DNA from: Bacilli bacterium
GTDB lineage: Bacteria; Bacillota_I; Bacilli_A; RFN20; CAG-826
Reading direction: 5' to 3'
Assembly (NCBI GenBank): GCA_051872335.1
Contig: JBJEDT010000024.1
Span: 6,984-70,983, forward strand
DNA length: 64,000 nucleotides
In this document: positions 9,320 to 17,705 of the stretch, in pieces
Numbering within the stretch: the stretch's first letter is position 1
How the letters are laid out: each line of letters begins with the position of its first letter
Notes under the pieces: model-generated
Databases searched by the model: none
The model's input: the letters and a program-made list of their open reading frames with translations, nothing else
What the model was told of the DNA's origin: nothing
Made by a program: the position numbers and the translations under genes

Positions 9320-9492
9320 TGTATTATTATGGTCAAAATTATGGCTATCCGGGCTATAATTCTAATTATATGTATCCACAATCACAAAGTAGTTATATAT
9401 CATGGTTAGTAATTGCTATCATAATTTTTGTTTTACTAGTAATAATAGCAGCTCCAAATCATTCTACATCATCATCTAGTTCTTGCTTTTAA
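9320..9492 (+). CDS. YjcZ-like tiny sporulation membrane protein (Tyr/Gly-rich N-terminus plus one TM helix).
   Basis: MYYYGQNYGYPGYNSNYMYPQ... followed by WLVIAIIIFVLLVIIAA; GAGGAGG RBS 9 nt upstream of the ATG at 9320; the ORF-track start at 9301 has no RBS. Confidence 0.5.
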
Positions 9493-9543
9493 TATTCTTT
9501 GACATTTATATAAAAATTTAGTATCATTACTCAGGTGATAAAA

Positions 9544-10086
9544 ATGTTTAAAATTGTAAAAGATACAAATCAAAGTATAAGAGAAAAATGTAGTGATGTT
9601 GATTTACCACCTTCAAAAGATGATATAAAACTATTAAAAAATATGATTAATTATTTAAAACTTAGCCAAGATGAAAAGTATGCAGAAAAGCACAATATTC
9701 GTCCTGGTGTAGGTTTAGCTGCTCCTCAAATTGGTATCAATCGAAAAATGATTGCCATCTATTATGAGTTAGATGAAAAGAATAAAGTAGAATTAGGTTT
9801 AATTAATCCTCGTATTATTAGTAATTCAGTTAAAGAATGTTATCTAAAAAATGGTGAAGGATGTTTATCAGTTGATGAAGACCATAAAGGATATGTTTAT
9901 CGTTATTTCAAAATCACAGTAAAAGCTTTCGATGTAGTCCAAAATAAAGATGTTGAAATTACTGCTCGTGGTTACGATGCCATCGTTTTACAACACGAAA
10001 TAGATCATTTATCAGGCATTTTATATTACGATAGAATCGATAAAAAGAATCCTTTCTTAAAGAAAGAAAACTCAATTGAAATATAA
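9544..10086 (+). CDS. def: Peptide deformylase.
   Basis: GVGLAAPQIG, EGCLSV and HEIDHL motifs; AGGTGA RBS 5 nt upstream of the ATG at 9544. The ORF-track start at 9535 is a GTG. Confidence 0.9.
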   Translation: MFKIVKDTNQSIREKCSDVDLPPSKDDIKLLKNMINYLKLSQDEKYAEKHNIRPGVGLAAPQIGINRKMIAIYYELDEKNKVELGLINPRIISNSVKECYLKNGEGCLSVDEDHKGYVYRYFKITVKAFDVVQNKDVEITARGYDAIVLQHEIDHLSGILYYDRIDKKNPFLKKENSIEI

Positions 10087-10117
10087 ATAATATTTTAAAT
10101 TTTTATCATAAATTTTT

Positions 10118-10147
10118 ATCTATCTTTACAAAAGATAGATTTATTCA
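10118..10147 (+). terminator. Terminator after def: ATCTATCTTT-acaa-AAGATAGAT followed by a T-rich tail.
   Basis: Perfect 9/10-bp stem followed by TTTATTCAT. Confidence 0.5.
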
Positions 10148-10208
10148 TATAATATTGTAAACAATATTAAAAAGATAATTTCGTAGAAATAAAGGAGGTT
10201 ATTATTTA

Positions 10209-11882
10209 ATGGCGCCAAATTTAATAAAAACACCTATTAGCATTTATGCTTTGGGTGGTTTAGGTGAAGTTGGAAAAAATACCTATTGTATAGAAAGTGA
10301 AAAAAGCATAATTATCATAGATGCAGGAGTTAAATTCCCTGATGCTGATCTTCCAGGAATTGATTACGTTATTCCTGATTATTCACATTTAAAAAAGAAT
10401 AGAGGAAAAATCAAAGCATTATTTATTACTCATGGACATGAAGATCATATCGGTGGAATTCCTTTCTTAGTACAAAATGTTCATATACCAGTTATATATG
10501 CCCCAAAATTAGCTGCATCTTTAATTAAAAATAAAATTCAAGAAAGTAGAATTAGAGAACCAGTTAATGTTGTTGAATATAAAGAAGATGATGTAATTAG
10601 TATTGCAGAATTCACAGTTCAATTCTTCAACGTAACACACTCTATTCCTGACTCATTTGGTATTTGTGTTGATACACCTGAAGGACGTATTGTTACAACA
10701 GGAGACTTTAAAGTTGACTTAACTCCAGTCGGTCCAGATATTAATCTTCAAAAGATGGCTCGTCTTGGTACTGAAGGAATTGATTTATTAATGAGTGATT
10801 CGACGAATGCTGAAATCGAAGGTTATACTCCTTCTGAAAAAAATGTTATTAGTTCTATTAATGATGTTTTTGCAAAAGCTCCAGGTCGCTTAATTATTTC
10901 AACTTTCTCATCAAATATATCACGTATTCAACAAATTGTTGAAGCTTGTATAAAATACAACAAGAAAATTGTTATTATTGGACGTTCAATGGAAAATGCT
11001 GTTTCAGCTGCTAGAAGTTTTGGCTATATTAAAATTCCTGATGCTTCACTTGTAAGTGCTGATGATATTAGAACTTTATCATATAATGAAACAGTTATAT
11101 TATGTACAGGTTCTCAAGGTGAACCGATGGCAGCATTATCTAGAATTGCAAATGGCGAACATAAAACAATTCACATTAATCCAGGTGATACTGTCGTATT
11201 CTCTTCTTCCCCAATTCCAGGAAATGGCGCATTAATTAATAAAGTTATTAACCAGTTGACTAGAGTAGGAGCTAATGTCTTAACAAATTCTGTTTTCTAC
11301 TCATTACACTCGTCTGGTCACCCTTCTAAACAAGAATTAAGGATCGTTCAAAAATTATTTAGACCAAAATATTTTATGCCAATTCATGGTGAATATCGTA
11401 TGCTTAAGATTCATGCTGATATTGCTGTTTCTTTAGGAATGCCAAAAGAAAATACATTTATTCTAAGTAATGGTGATACATTATATTTACAAGACCATGA
11501 AGTTACATATGGTCCTCGTATTCAAGCAGATGAAATTTATATTGATGGCCGTGATATCAATGGTTTAAGTGCTAGTGTTATTCACGACCGTAAAGTATTA
11601 TCTCAAGATGGCATGGTTGCAGTATCAATTGTTATAGATTCACGTACAAACCAATTGTTATCAAGACCAAAGATTATAACTAAGGGATTTGTTCATGAGT
11701 CTAATACTATTTTAATTGAAAAAGCTCAAATTAAAATTGAAACAATTTTAAAAGAATTAATGAAAAATAAAGTCACATTTGCTGAAATTAAATCTACTAT
11801 CAAAAATACACTTGGACGTTATTTGTTTGCAAAAACACAACGTACACCTTATATCATTCCGGTTATTATGAATAAAAACTAA
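10209..11882 (+). CDS. rnj: Ribonuclease J (metallo-beta-lactamase/beta-CASP RNase).
   Basis: HGHEDHIGG zinc motif, beta-CASP region, 557 aa; AGGAGGT RBS. Confidence 0.95.
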   Translation: MAPNLIKTPISIYALGGLGEVGKNTYCIESEKSIIIIDAGVKFPDADLPGIDYVIPDYSHLKKNRGKIKALFITHGHEDHIGGIPFLVQNVHIPVIYAPKLAASLIKNKIQESRIREPVNVVEYKEDDVISIAEFTVQFFNVTHSIPDSFGICVDTPEGRIVTTGDFKVDLTPVGPDINLQKMARLGTEGIDLLMSDSTNAEIEGYTPSEKNVISSINDVFAKAPGRLIISTFSSNISRIQQIVEACIKYNKKIVIIGRSMENAVSAARSFGYIKIPDASLVSADDIRTLSYNETVILCTGSQGEPMAALSRIANGEHKTIHINPGDTVVFSSSPIPGNGALINKVINQLTRVGANVLTNSVFYSLHSSGHPSKQELRIVQKLFRPKYFMPIHGEYRMLKIHADIAVSLGMPKENTFILSNGDTLYLQDHEVTYGPRIQADEIYIDGRDINGLSASVIHDRKVLSQDGMVAVSIVIDSRTNQLLSRPKIITKGFVHESNTILIEKAQIKIETILKELMKNKVTFAEIKSTIKNTLGRYLFAKTQRTPYIIPVIMNKN

Positions 11883-12421
11883 TGTATATACTTGCAAGTC
11901 AATCTCCAAGAAGAAAAGAACTTTTATCTAAAATAATCAAAGACTTTGTTATTATTCCTGCAAATATTAATGAAGATATAAAAGTAAATACACCTGAAGA
12001 GTTACCTTTAATTCTTTCTAAATTAAAAGCTGAAGAAATATTTAAAGCTCATCAAGATGACATTATTATTGCAGCAGATACAGTTGTAATTTTAGATAAT
12101 AAAATTCTTGGTAAACCTAAAAACGAAAAGGAGGCATATAAAATGTTATCTTCTTTATCGAATAGAAAGCATGATGTAATAACGGGATATACTATTTTAT
12201 CCAAAGAAAAATTTATTAGTAGAACAATAAAAACTGAAGTTTACTTTAATAAACTTGATGACCAAACTATTATAGACTATATAAAAACCGGATCACCTTT
12301 TGATAAAGCTGGTGGCTATGGTATTCAAGATTCAGAATTCAAATTAGTCAAACAAATTAAGGGCAGTTTATCTAATGTAATTGGTCTTCCTCTAGAAAGT
12401 TTAGCAAACGACCTATTATAA
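11882..12421 (+). CDS. maf: Maf-family nucleoside triphosphate pyrophosphatase (septum formation protein Maf).
   Basis: ILASQSPRRKELL N-terminal signature, 179 aa; start overlaps the rnj stop (TAATG). Confidence 0.85.
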   Translation: MYILASQSPRRKELLSKIIKDFVIIPANINEDIKVNTPEELPLILSKLKAEEIFKAHQDDIIIAADTVVILDNKILGKPKNEKEAYKMLSSLSNRKHDVITGYTILSKEKFISRTIKTEVYFNKLDDQTIIDYIKTGSPFDKAGGYGIQDSEFKLVKQIKGSLSNVIGLPLESLANDLL

Positions 12422-12429
12422 AAGCACAA

Positions 12430-12469
12430 ACACTCCAATATATCATATTTATAAATGGAGTGTTTTTTT
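12430..12469 (+). terminator. Rho-independent terminator: ACACTCCA-N18-TGGAGTGT followed by T7.
   Basis: 8-bp stem followed by TTTTTTT. The stem contains the only Shine-Dalgarno-like sequence (GGAGTG) for the downstream ORF at 12471. Confidence 0.65.
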
Positions 12470-12470
12470 A

Positions 12471-12797
12471 ATGCAACCAATATATTTTATTCCAAGAGAA
12501 GATGAATACATATATCGAAGTGATGATCGAATGATTGGACCACTTTTACCATTTTTAGGAGGTTTCTTACTTGCTGAAGTTTTACCTCCTTTTATGCCAT
12601 ATAATTATGGTGGTAATCCACAAAATCAATATTATAATTATCCATATCCAGCTCCATATTATCAAGCAAACTACTCATATCCAAGTGAAACAAATACATA
12701 CACAACTAATACTTATCAAATGACACCGAAGCAACCATATATGAATTCGTATTCTTCGACATATCCATATTATAAATCAACACAAAGTTATTATTAA
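12471..12797 (+). CDS. Tyr/Pro/Gln/Asn-rich low-complexity protein (possible spore coat or surface protein).
   Basis: 108 aa with roughly 20% Tyr and many Pro residues, which are rare codons in this AT-rich genome and so argue for real coding; bracketed by two clear terminators. Confidence 0.5.
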   Translation: MQPIYFIPREDEYIYRSDDRMIGPLLPFLGGFLLAEVLPPFMPYNYGGNPQNQYYNYPYPAPYYQANYSYPSETNTYTTNTYQMTPKQPYMNSYSSTYPYYKSTQSYY

Positions 12798-12799
12798 AA

Positions 12800-12850
12800 A
12801 AAGATTTGTAGAAAGTATTAATCACATAATGATATACTTCTACAAATCTT
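12800..12850. terminator. Bidirectional terminator: AAGATTTGTAGAA-N24-TTCTACAAATCTT.
   Basis: Perfect 13-bp inverted repeat between convergent genes, with T-runs on both sides. Confidence 0.65.
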
Positions 12851-13309
12851 TTATTTTTCAAAATATTCTTTTAATTTAGGTGCATCTTCTCCAATAACAA
12901 GTGTAACTTTACTTGTCATAACGATTACTCCATCAACACCAATATCTTTTAAAGCATCTACATTTAATAAAGTATTATCCTTTAACACAACACTTAGTCT
13001 AGAACCACGAGTAGTCATTTCCACTATATTATCTTTACCACCTAAGTTTGAAATAATTTCATCATAAGTGATATTGATATTTTTATCTTTAATTTTCTTT
13101 GGCTCTTTTTTAGGTTTTGTCTCTCCTTTACTATTTTCTAATTTTCCTTCTTTTACAGATTCATCTTTGGTTTCTTTTACTTTGTCTAGATAAAACTTAA
13201 CAATTAAACAAGATAAAATAAAAATTAAGAATAAAAGAATAATTGCTACAACAACATAGAAAATATTTCTCTGTAACCAATCAGTTAAATATAGATTTAA
13301 TAAAATCAT
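12851..13309 (-). CDS. Membrane-anchored PTS EIIB(Glc)-like domain protein with Thr replacing the phosphorylatable Cys.
   Basis: N-terminal TM helix, Lys/Glu-rich linker, then a C-terminal ~75 aa (GGKDNIVEMTTRGSRLSVVLKD...) matching the EIIB glucose-type fold motif (N..s...C.TRLR) with Cys->Thr; AAAGGAGTGA RBS. Confidence 0.5.
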   Translation of the reverse strand: MILLNLYLTDWLQRNIFYVVVAIILLFLIFILSCLIVKFYLDKVKETKDESVKEGKLENSKGETKPKKEPKKIKDKNINITYDEIISNLGGKDNIVEMTTRGSRLSVVLKDNTLLNVDALKDIGVDGVIVMTSKVTLVIGEDAPKLKEYFEK

Positions 13310-13314
13310 TTATA

Positions 13315-14109
13315 TCACTCCTTTAAAAATGATGATCTTAACTTATCAATAAACTTAGTTTGCGAAAAACGTAATAATTTAACTTTTTTATCCGACATAT
13401 AAATATCGACTAATAATAGTTTACCATTTTTTTCATCAATTTTATTATCAAATCCAATAATTTCTTTATCAAATGGTCCTTCGAAAACAATATGAGCATC
13501 ATTTTTTAAAATAAGTGAATTATTTAAACTTGAATAAAAATAATTATTTATAGGATTAATTTCCGTTAATTGAAGTAAATTTAAAGATGTATCTATAACT
13601 GCACCATTACATGATTTATTATATCCTGTACTTCCTAAAGAAGAAGAAACTAGTAATCCACTACCTCTAAATGTTTCAAGAAATTCGCCATTAATATAGA
13701 CATTACATTCTAAAGTTTTAAAAGGATTTTCAATACGAACTTCATTGATCGCATATATACTATATTTTTCATCATTTTCATATTTCAAAGTAGCTTCTAT
13801 TAAATTATGCTCTTCAATAAAGTATTCTGAATTATTTAAAACATTATCAACAACTTCATCTAAATCTGAAGCACTATATTCAAAGAAATAACCTAATGTT
13901 CCTGTTTTAATTCCTATAAAACAAATAGAATCTAATCTATCAATATATTTATGAACGGTTTTTAAAAAAGTACCATCCCCACCAATGACAAAAACTACTT
14001 CTGGACATTTTTCATCAAAAACAAAATTATTATTTTCCAAAATAATACTTAATCTATTCTTAATTTCTAATGACTTTTCATTTTGTTTTGCTGAGATTGA
14101 ATATTTCAT
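13315..14109 (-). CDS. nadK: NAD kinase.
   Basis: VFVIGGDGTFL and NEVRIE motifs. The AGGAGG RBS lies between two in-frame ATGs, so the downstream ATG at 14109 (MKYSI...) is the likely start. Confidence 0.9.
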   Translation of the reverse strand: MKYSISAKQNEKSLEIKNRLSIILENNNFVFDEKCPEVVFVIGGDGTFLKTVHKYIDRLDSICFIGIKTGTLGYFFEYSASDLDEVVDNVLNNSEYFIEEHNLIEATLKYENDEKYSIYAINEVRIENPFKTLECNVYINGEFLETFRGSGLLVSSSLGSTGYNKSCNGAVIDTSLNLLQLTEINPINNYFYSSLNNSLILKNDAHIVFEGPFDKEIIGFDNKIDEKNGKLLLVDIYMSDKKVKLLRFSQTKFIDKLRSSFLKE

Positions 14110-14172
14110 ATTTTCCTCCTTTATCATAAACCTATTTTATTGTATCATAATAAAGAAGGTAGGTTAATAATT

Positions 14173-14745
14173 ATGTCAAACAATATTGAAATAGAAGGTA
14201 AAATTTTAGTTACAGAAAATGAATTTGAAAGTTTATTAAAGTACTTTAAAAGAACAGATGAAGATAAAATTGTTCAAGTTAATCATTACATTGATTCATC
14301 CGATCAACAACTACGTAAATTAGGTTTTGCATTACGTATTAGAGAAAAAAACAATCATTATGTTTTAACTTTAAAAACTCCTTTAAGCGAGGGATTACTT
14401 GAAAAAGATCAAGATATCTCAAAAGAAGTATATAAAGCATTTAAATATGAAAATAAATTTCCTGAAGGAGATATAAAGAATTTCTTACTTATGTTAGGTT
14501 TAAATGTTGAATCATTATCAATCATCACAAGTTTAAAAACTGAACGTTATGATATTGATTACAATGGTGGACTTCTTTCTCTTGATAAGAGTACTTATAA
14601 TAATATCGTTGATTATGAAGTTGAACTAGAAGAAACATCTTTAGAAAGAGCTCAAACAAATCTTAAAGAATTATGCGAAAAAGTTGGTATCGAATATAAA
14701 ATAAATCATCTTTCAAAACAAGCTCGTGCAATGAATTCTAAATAA
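14173..14745 (+). CDS. CYTH-domain protein (YjbK-like triphosphate tunnel metalloenzyme).
   Basis: IEIEGKILVTENEF N-terminal CYTH signature. It sits next to nadK, as yjbK does next to ppnKA in B. subtilis. AAGGTAGG RBS before the ATG at 14173. Confidence 0.65.
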   Translation: MSNNIEIEGKILVTENEFESLLKYFKRTDEDKIVQVNHYIDSSDQQLRKLGFALRIREKNNHYVLTLKTPLSEGLLEKDQDISKEVYKAFKYENKFPEGDIKNFLLMLGLNVESLSIITSLKTERYDIDYNGGLLSLDKSTYNNIVDYEVELEETSLERAQTNLKELCEKVGIEYKINHLSKQARAMNSK

Positions 14746-14751
14746 AAATAA

Positions 14752-14789
14752 ATGGTCTATAAAGAAGGAACTTTATAGACCATTTTTTA
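14752..14789. terminator. Bidirectional terminator: ATGGTCTATAAAG-aaggaa-CTTTATAGACCAT.
   Basis: Perfect 13-bp stem followed by T6, between convergent genes. Confidence 0.7.
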
Positions 14790-15221
14790 GTTTTCCCTTT
14801 TAAATTGAAGATACTCTACTTCGTTAAAATTATTCTTTTTATATGCTTTAATAGCAAAAACATTTTCCTTATCAACTTCTAAACGTTGAATTGTATTTGG
14901 ATATTTTTCTTTTAAATAATCAAAAAACAAAGAACCTAATCTATGATGTCGATACTCTTCTTTTATATATAAATCTTCTATCCAAATACATGGTTTACCA
15001 AATTCCGTTGAATAACTTTTAGCTAACATTGCATAACCACATATTTTATTGTCTTCTTCAAAAACATAACCTTCTAAATAAGGGCATGTATTAATGCAAT
15101 TATCAAAATCATTTTCAAATATTTCTATACTTCCGTTTGTTGCAACAGCCTCTGAAGCATAAAATACTTGCATCATTTTAATAACTTCATTTTTATCTTT
15201 CTTATTCATTAAACGTATCAT
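14787..15221 (-). CDS. GNAT-family N-acetyltransferase.
   Basis: 144 aa with a GNAT fold pattern (acetyl-CoA binding region RHHRLGSLFFDYL); start is coupled to the spx stop. Confidence 0.7.
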   Translation of the reverse strand: MIRLMNKKDKNEVIKMMQVFYASEAVATNGSIEIFENDFDNCINTCPYLEGYVFEEDNKICGYAMLAKSYSTEFGKPCIWIEDLYIKEEYRHHRLGSLFFDYLKEKYPNTIQRLEVDKENVFAIKAYKKNNFNEVEYLQFKREN

Positions 15222-15670
15222 TAGAATTCTCCACTTTCTTTTCTAAATTGTGCATGTTCACAAGTTTCAAATTTTTCACAATTACCTTTTGAACAAGTTT
15301 TAAAAGCAATTTCTCGAGCTTCACGTGGAATAAATGTACGAATTTCTTCTTCATTATATCCGACTTGAATACGACGGTCATCAACCATAATTGGCCTTTT
15401 TAATACTGAAGGATTTTCTTTAATAAAAGCTATTAATTCACTAATTTTCATATCGTTAATATCAATATGTTGATCTTTCATAATTTTAGAACGTCCCGAT
15501 ATAATATCATCGGTACCATTTTCAGATTTATTCAATATTTCTTTTAAATCTTCTTCATTTAAGACAGAAGAAAAAATATTTTTCTCTTCATATGGAATAT
15601 TTTGTTCTTCAAACCATTTTTTTACTTTTCTACATGAACTACAACTTGGCGAAGTATAAATTTTAATCAT
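15222..15670 (-). CDS. spx: Spx-family global regulator (ArsC fold) with a Cys-rich C-terminal extension.
   Basis: IYTSPSCSSCRKVKKWFEE, GTDDIISGRSK, KRPIMVDDRRIQVGYNEEEIRTFIPR closely match B. subtilis Spx; an extra ~18 aa (KTCSKGNCEKFETCEHAQF) extends beyond the usual 131 aa. Confidence 0.85.
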
Positions 15671-15778
15671 TCAACTCATCTCCTAATGTTACAAATAAAT
15701 TGTAAGTAATAATCAGTAATTTTGCAATGATTAAACTCTAAATGAATAATCTTTTATATAAAAAATAGTCTTGATAAA

Positions 15779-15807
15779 TTGACTTTATTGTTACATAAAT
15801 TTATAAT
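15779..15807 (+). promoter_or_regulatory. Consensus sigmaA promoter for trpS: TTGACT-17-TATAAT.
   Basis: -35 at 15779-15784 and -10 at 15802-15807 with a 17-nt spacer; the ATG is at 15835. Confidence 0.6.
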
Positions 15808-15834
15808 TTTACTTATTAAATGGAGATTTAATTT

Positions 15835-16812
15835 ATGGAAAGAATTTTAAGTGGAATTAAACCAACAGGAAATTTAACATTAGGTAATTATATAGGAGCA
15901 CTTAGAAATTTTAAAAATTTCCAAGATCAAGGTGAAACTTTTATTTTTATTGCTGATTTACACGCTTTAACATTACCAATTGATCCTGAATTTTTAAGAA
16001 CAAACTCAAGAGATATTGCTGCTTTCTATTTAGCAGCTGGTCTAGATCCTAAAAAGACACATATTTTCTTACAAAGTCACGTTTCAGCTCATGCTGAAAT
16101 GAATGCTATTATGCAAAACTTTTTATATATGGGTGAATTATCTCGTATGACTCAATTTAAAGAAAAATCACATAACCTTAAAAACGATGCAATTGGTCTA
16201 GGATTATTTGCTTACCCTGTTTTAATGGCTTGTGATATTTTACTTTATGATGCAACTATAGTTCCAGTTGGTGAAGATCAAACCCAACACGTTGAATTAA
16301 CTCGTGATTTATGTAAAAGATTTAATAATAGATTTGGTGACATTTTAACAATGCCAAAAGCCGTTGTTACAAAAGTCGGTGCTCGTATTATGTCTTTATC
16401 TAACCCTACGGTAAAAATGTCAAAATCCGACCCTAAAGGTGATGTTTTCTTAAAAGATGACCTCCAAGTTATTAGAAAGAAAATTATGTCAGCTGTTACT
16501 GATTCTGAAATGGAAGTAAGATATGATAAAGAAAATAAACCTGGTATTTCTAATTTATTAACAATCTATGCTTCATTAAAAAACATTTCTATTGAAGAAG
16601 CTGAAAAAGAATTTGTTGGAGCAAATTATGGAACATTTAAACGTGCTGTTGCAGACGTTGTATGTAATGAACTCCAAGGTTTCCAAGAACGTTATCAATA
16701 TTTTATTAATTCAGGAGAAGTTGATAAAGTACTTGAAGAAGGTGCTGAAGCAGCTCGCAAAGTTGCTGATAAAACATTACAAAGAGTCAAAGATGCAGTA
16801 GGATTATTATAA
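15835..16812 (+). CDS. trpS: Tryptophan--tRNA ligase.
   Basis: GIKPTGNLTLGNY (HIGH-like) and KMSKSD motifs, 325 aa. Confidence 0.95.
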   Translation: MERILSGIKPTGNLTLGNYIGALRNFKNFQDQGETFIFIADLHALTLPIDPEFLRTNSRDIAAFYLAAGLDPKKTHIFLQSHVSAHAEMNAIMQNFLYMGELSRMTQFKEKSHNLKNDAIGLGLFAYPVLMACDILLYDATIVPVGEDQTQHVELTRDLCKRFNNRFGDILTMPKAVVTKVGARIMSLSNPTVKMSKSDPKGDVFLKDDLQVIRKKIMSAVTDSEMEVRYDKENKPGISNLLTIYASLKNISIEEAEKEFVGANYGTFKRAVADVVCNELQGFQERYQYFINSGEVDKVLEEGAEAARKVADKTLQRVKDAVGLL

Positions 16813-16816
16813 AAAC

Positions 16817-16841
16817 AACCAAGCCATCGGCTTGGTTTTAT
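16817..16841 (+). terminator. Terminator: AACCAAGCC-atc-GGCTTGGTT followed by a T-rich tail.
   Basis: 9-bp stem immediately after the trpS stop. Confidence 0.6.
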
Positions 16842-16859
16842 ATTGAAAGGAAAAGTTAT

Positions 16860-17678
16860 ATGGAAGAAAAATATATTATTGGAATAGATCTTGATGGAAC
16901 TCTTTTAAATAGTAAATCAAAATTATCTCATTCAACTATTTCATATTTAAAGAAAATATCTAAGCAAGGTCACATTATTGTTTTATGTACAGGTCGACCA
17001 TTAAGAGCAATGTTACCATTTTATCAACAATTAAAACTGAAAACCCCTGTCATTTGTTATAATGGTGGTCGTGTTTTTAATCCAAATGATAATTTTTTTC
17101 CAAGTATTACTTATTCATTTAATAAAGAAGATATTAAAGATATCATTAATTCAATTGGTTTAGAAAAAATCGATAACATTATGTGTGAAGTAGATGATAA
17201 AGCATGGGTCTATGCTCACGATAAAAAAATTGAAGAAATTCTATGGCATAATAATATTTCTTTAATATATGGAGATTTAAATAAAACGTTAAATGAAAAT
17301 CCAATTACATTTCTTATCTTTTCTAAACATAAAGAATGTAAAAAACTAATTAGTAAAAATATTAAAGAGAAATATCCTACACTTAAATATCGCTTTTGGA
17401 ATGGCTACCTAGAAAATTTTTCTGAAATCTTTGATAAACACATTTCAAAATATAATGCTTTAAAAAGCGTTGCTAAATATTATAAGATTCCATTAGAAAA
17501 TATTATTACTTTTGGAGATGGAGAAAATGATATTGATATGATTTCTAAAGCAAATTATGGCTATGCAATGGTTAATGCACCTGAAGACATTAAATCCAAA
17601 GCCAAATATATTACAACGAAAGATAATGATCATGATGGTGTAATCATAGAATTAAAAAAAATAATCAAGAACAAATAA
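16860..17678 (+). CDS. Cof-type HAD-IIB family hydrolase (sugar-phosphatase-like).
   Basis: IGIDLDGTLLNS motif I and the GDGENDIDM motif; 272 aa. Confidence 0.8.
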   Translation: MEEKYIIGIDLDGTLLNSKSKLSHSTISYLKKISKQGHIIVLCTGRPLRAMLPFYQQLKLKTPVICYNGGRVFNPNDNFFPSITYSFNKEDIKDIINSIGLEKIDNIMCEVDDKAWVYAHDKKIEEILWHNNISLIYGDLNKTLNENPITFLIFSKHKECKKLISKNIKEKYPTLKYRFWNGYLENFSEIFDKHISKYNALKSVAKYYKIPLENIITFGDGENDIDMISKANYGYAMVNAPEDIKSKAKYITTKDNDHDGVIIELKKIIKNK

Positions 17679-17679
17679 A

Positions 17680-17705
17680 AATGAATGCGACGCATTCATT
17701 TTTAA
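17680..17705. terminator. Bidirectional terminator: AATGAATGCG-a-CGCATTCATT.
   Basis: Palindrome between the convergent Cof gene and pgm, with flanking A- and T-runs. Confidence 0.6.

Noticed and set aside
15671-15834. Possible T-box riboswitch upstream of trpS.
   Set aside because: The region is only 164 nt, lacks the conserved T-box sequence (AGGGTGG..ACCGCG) and specifier/antiterminator elements, and contains just a consensus promoter.
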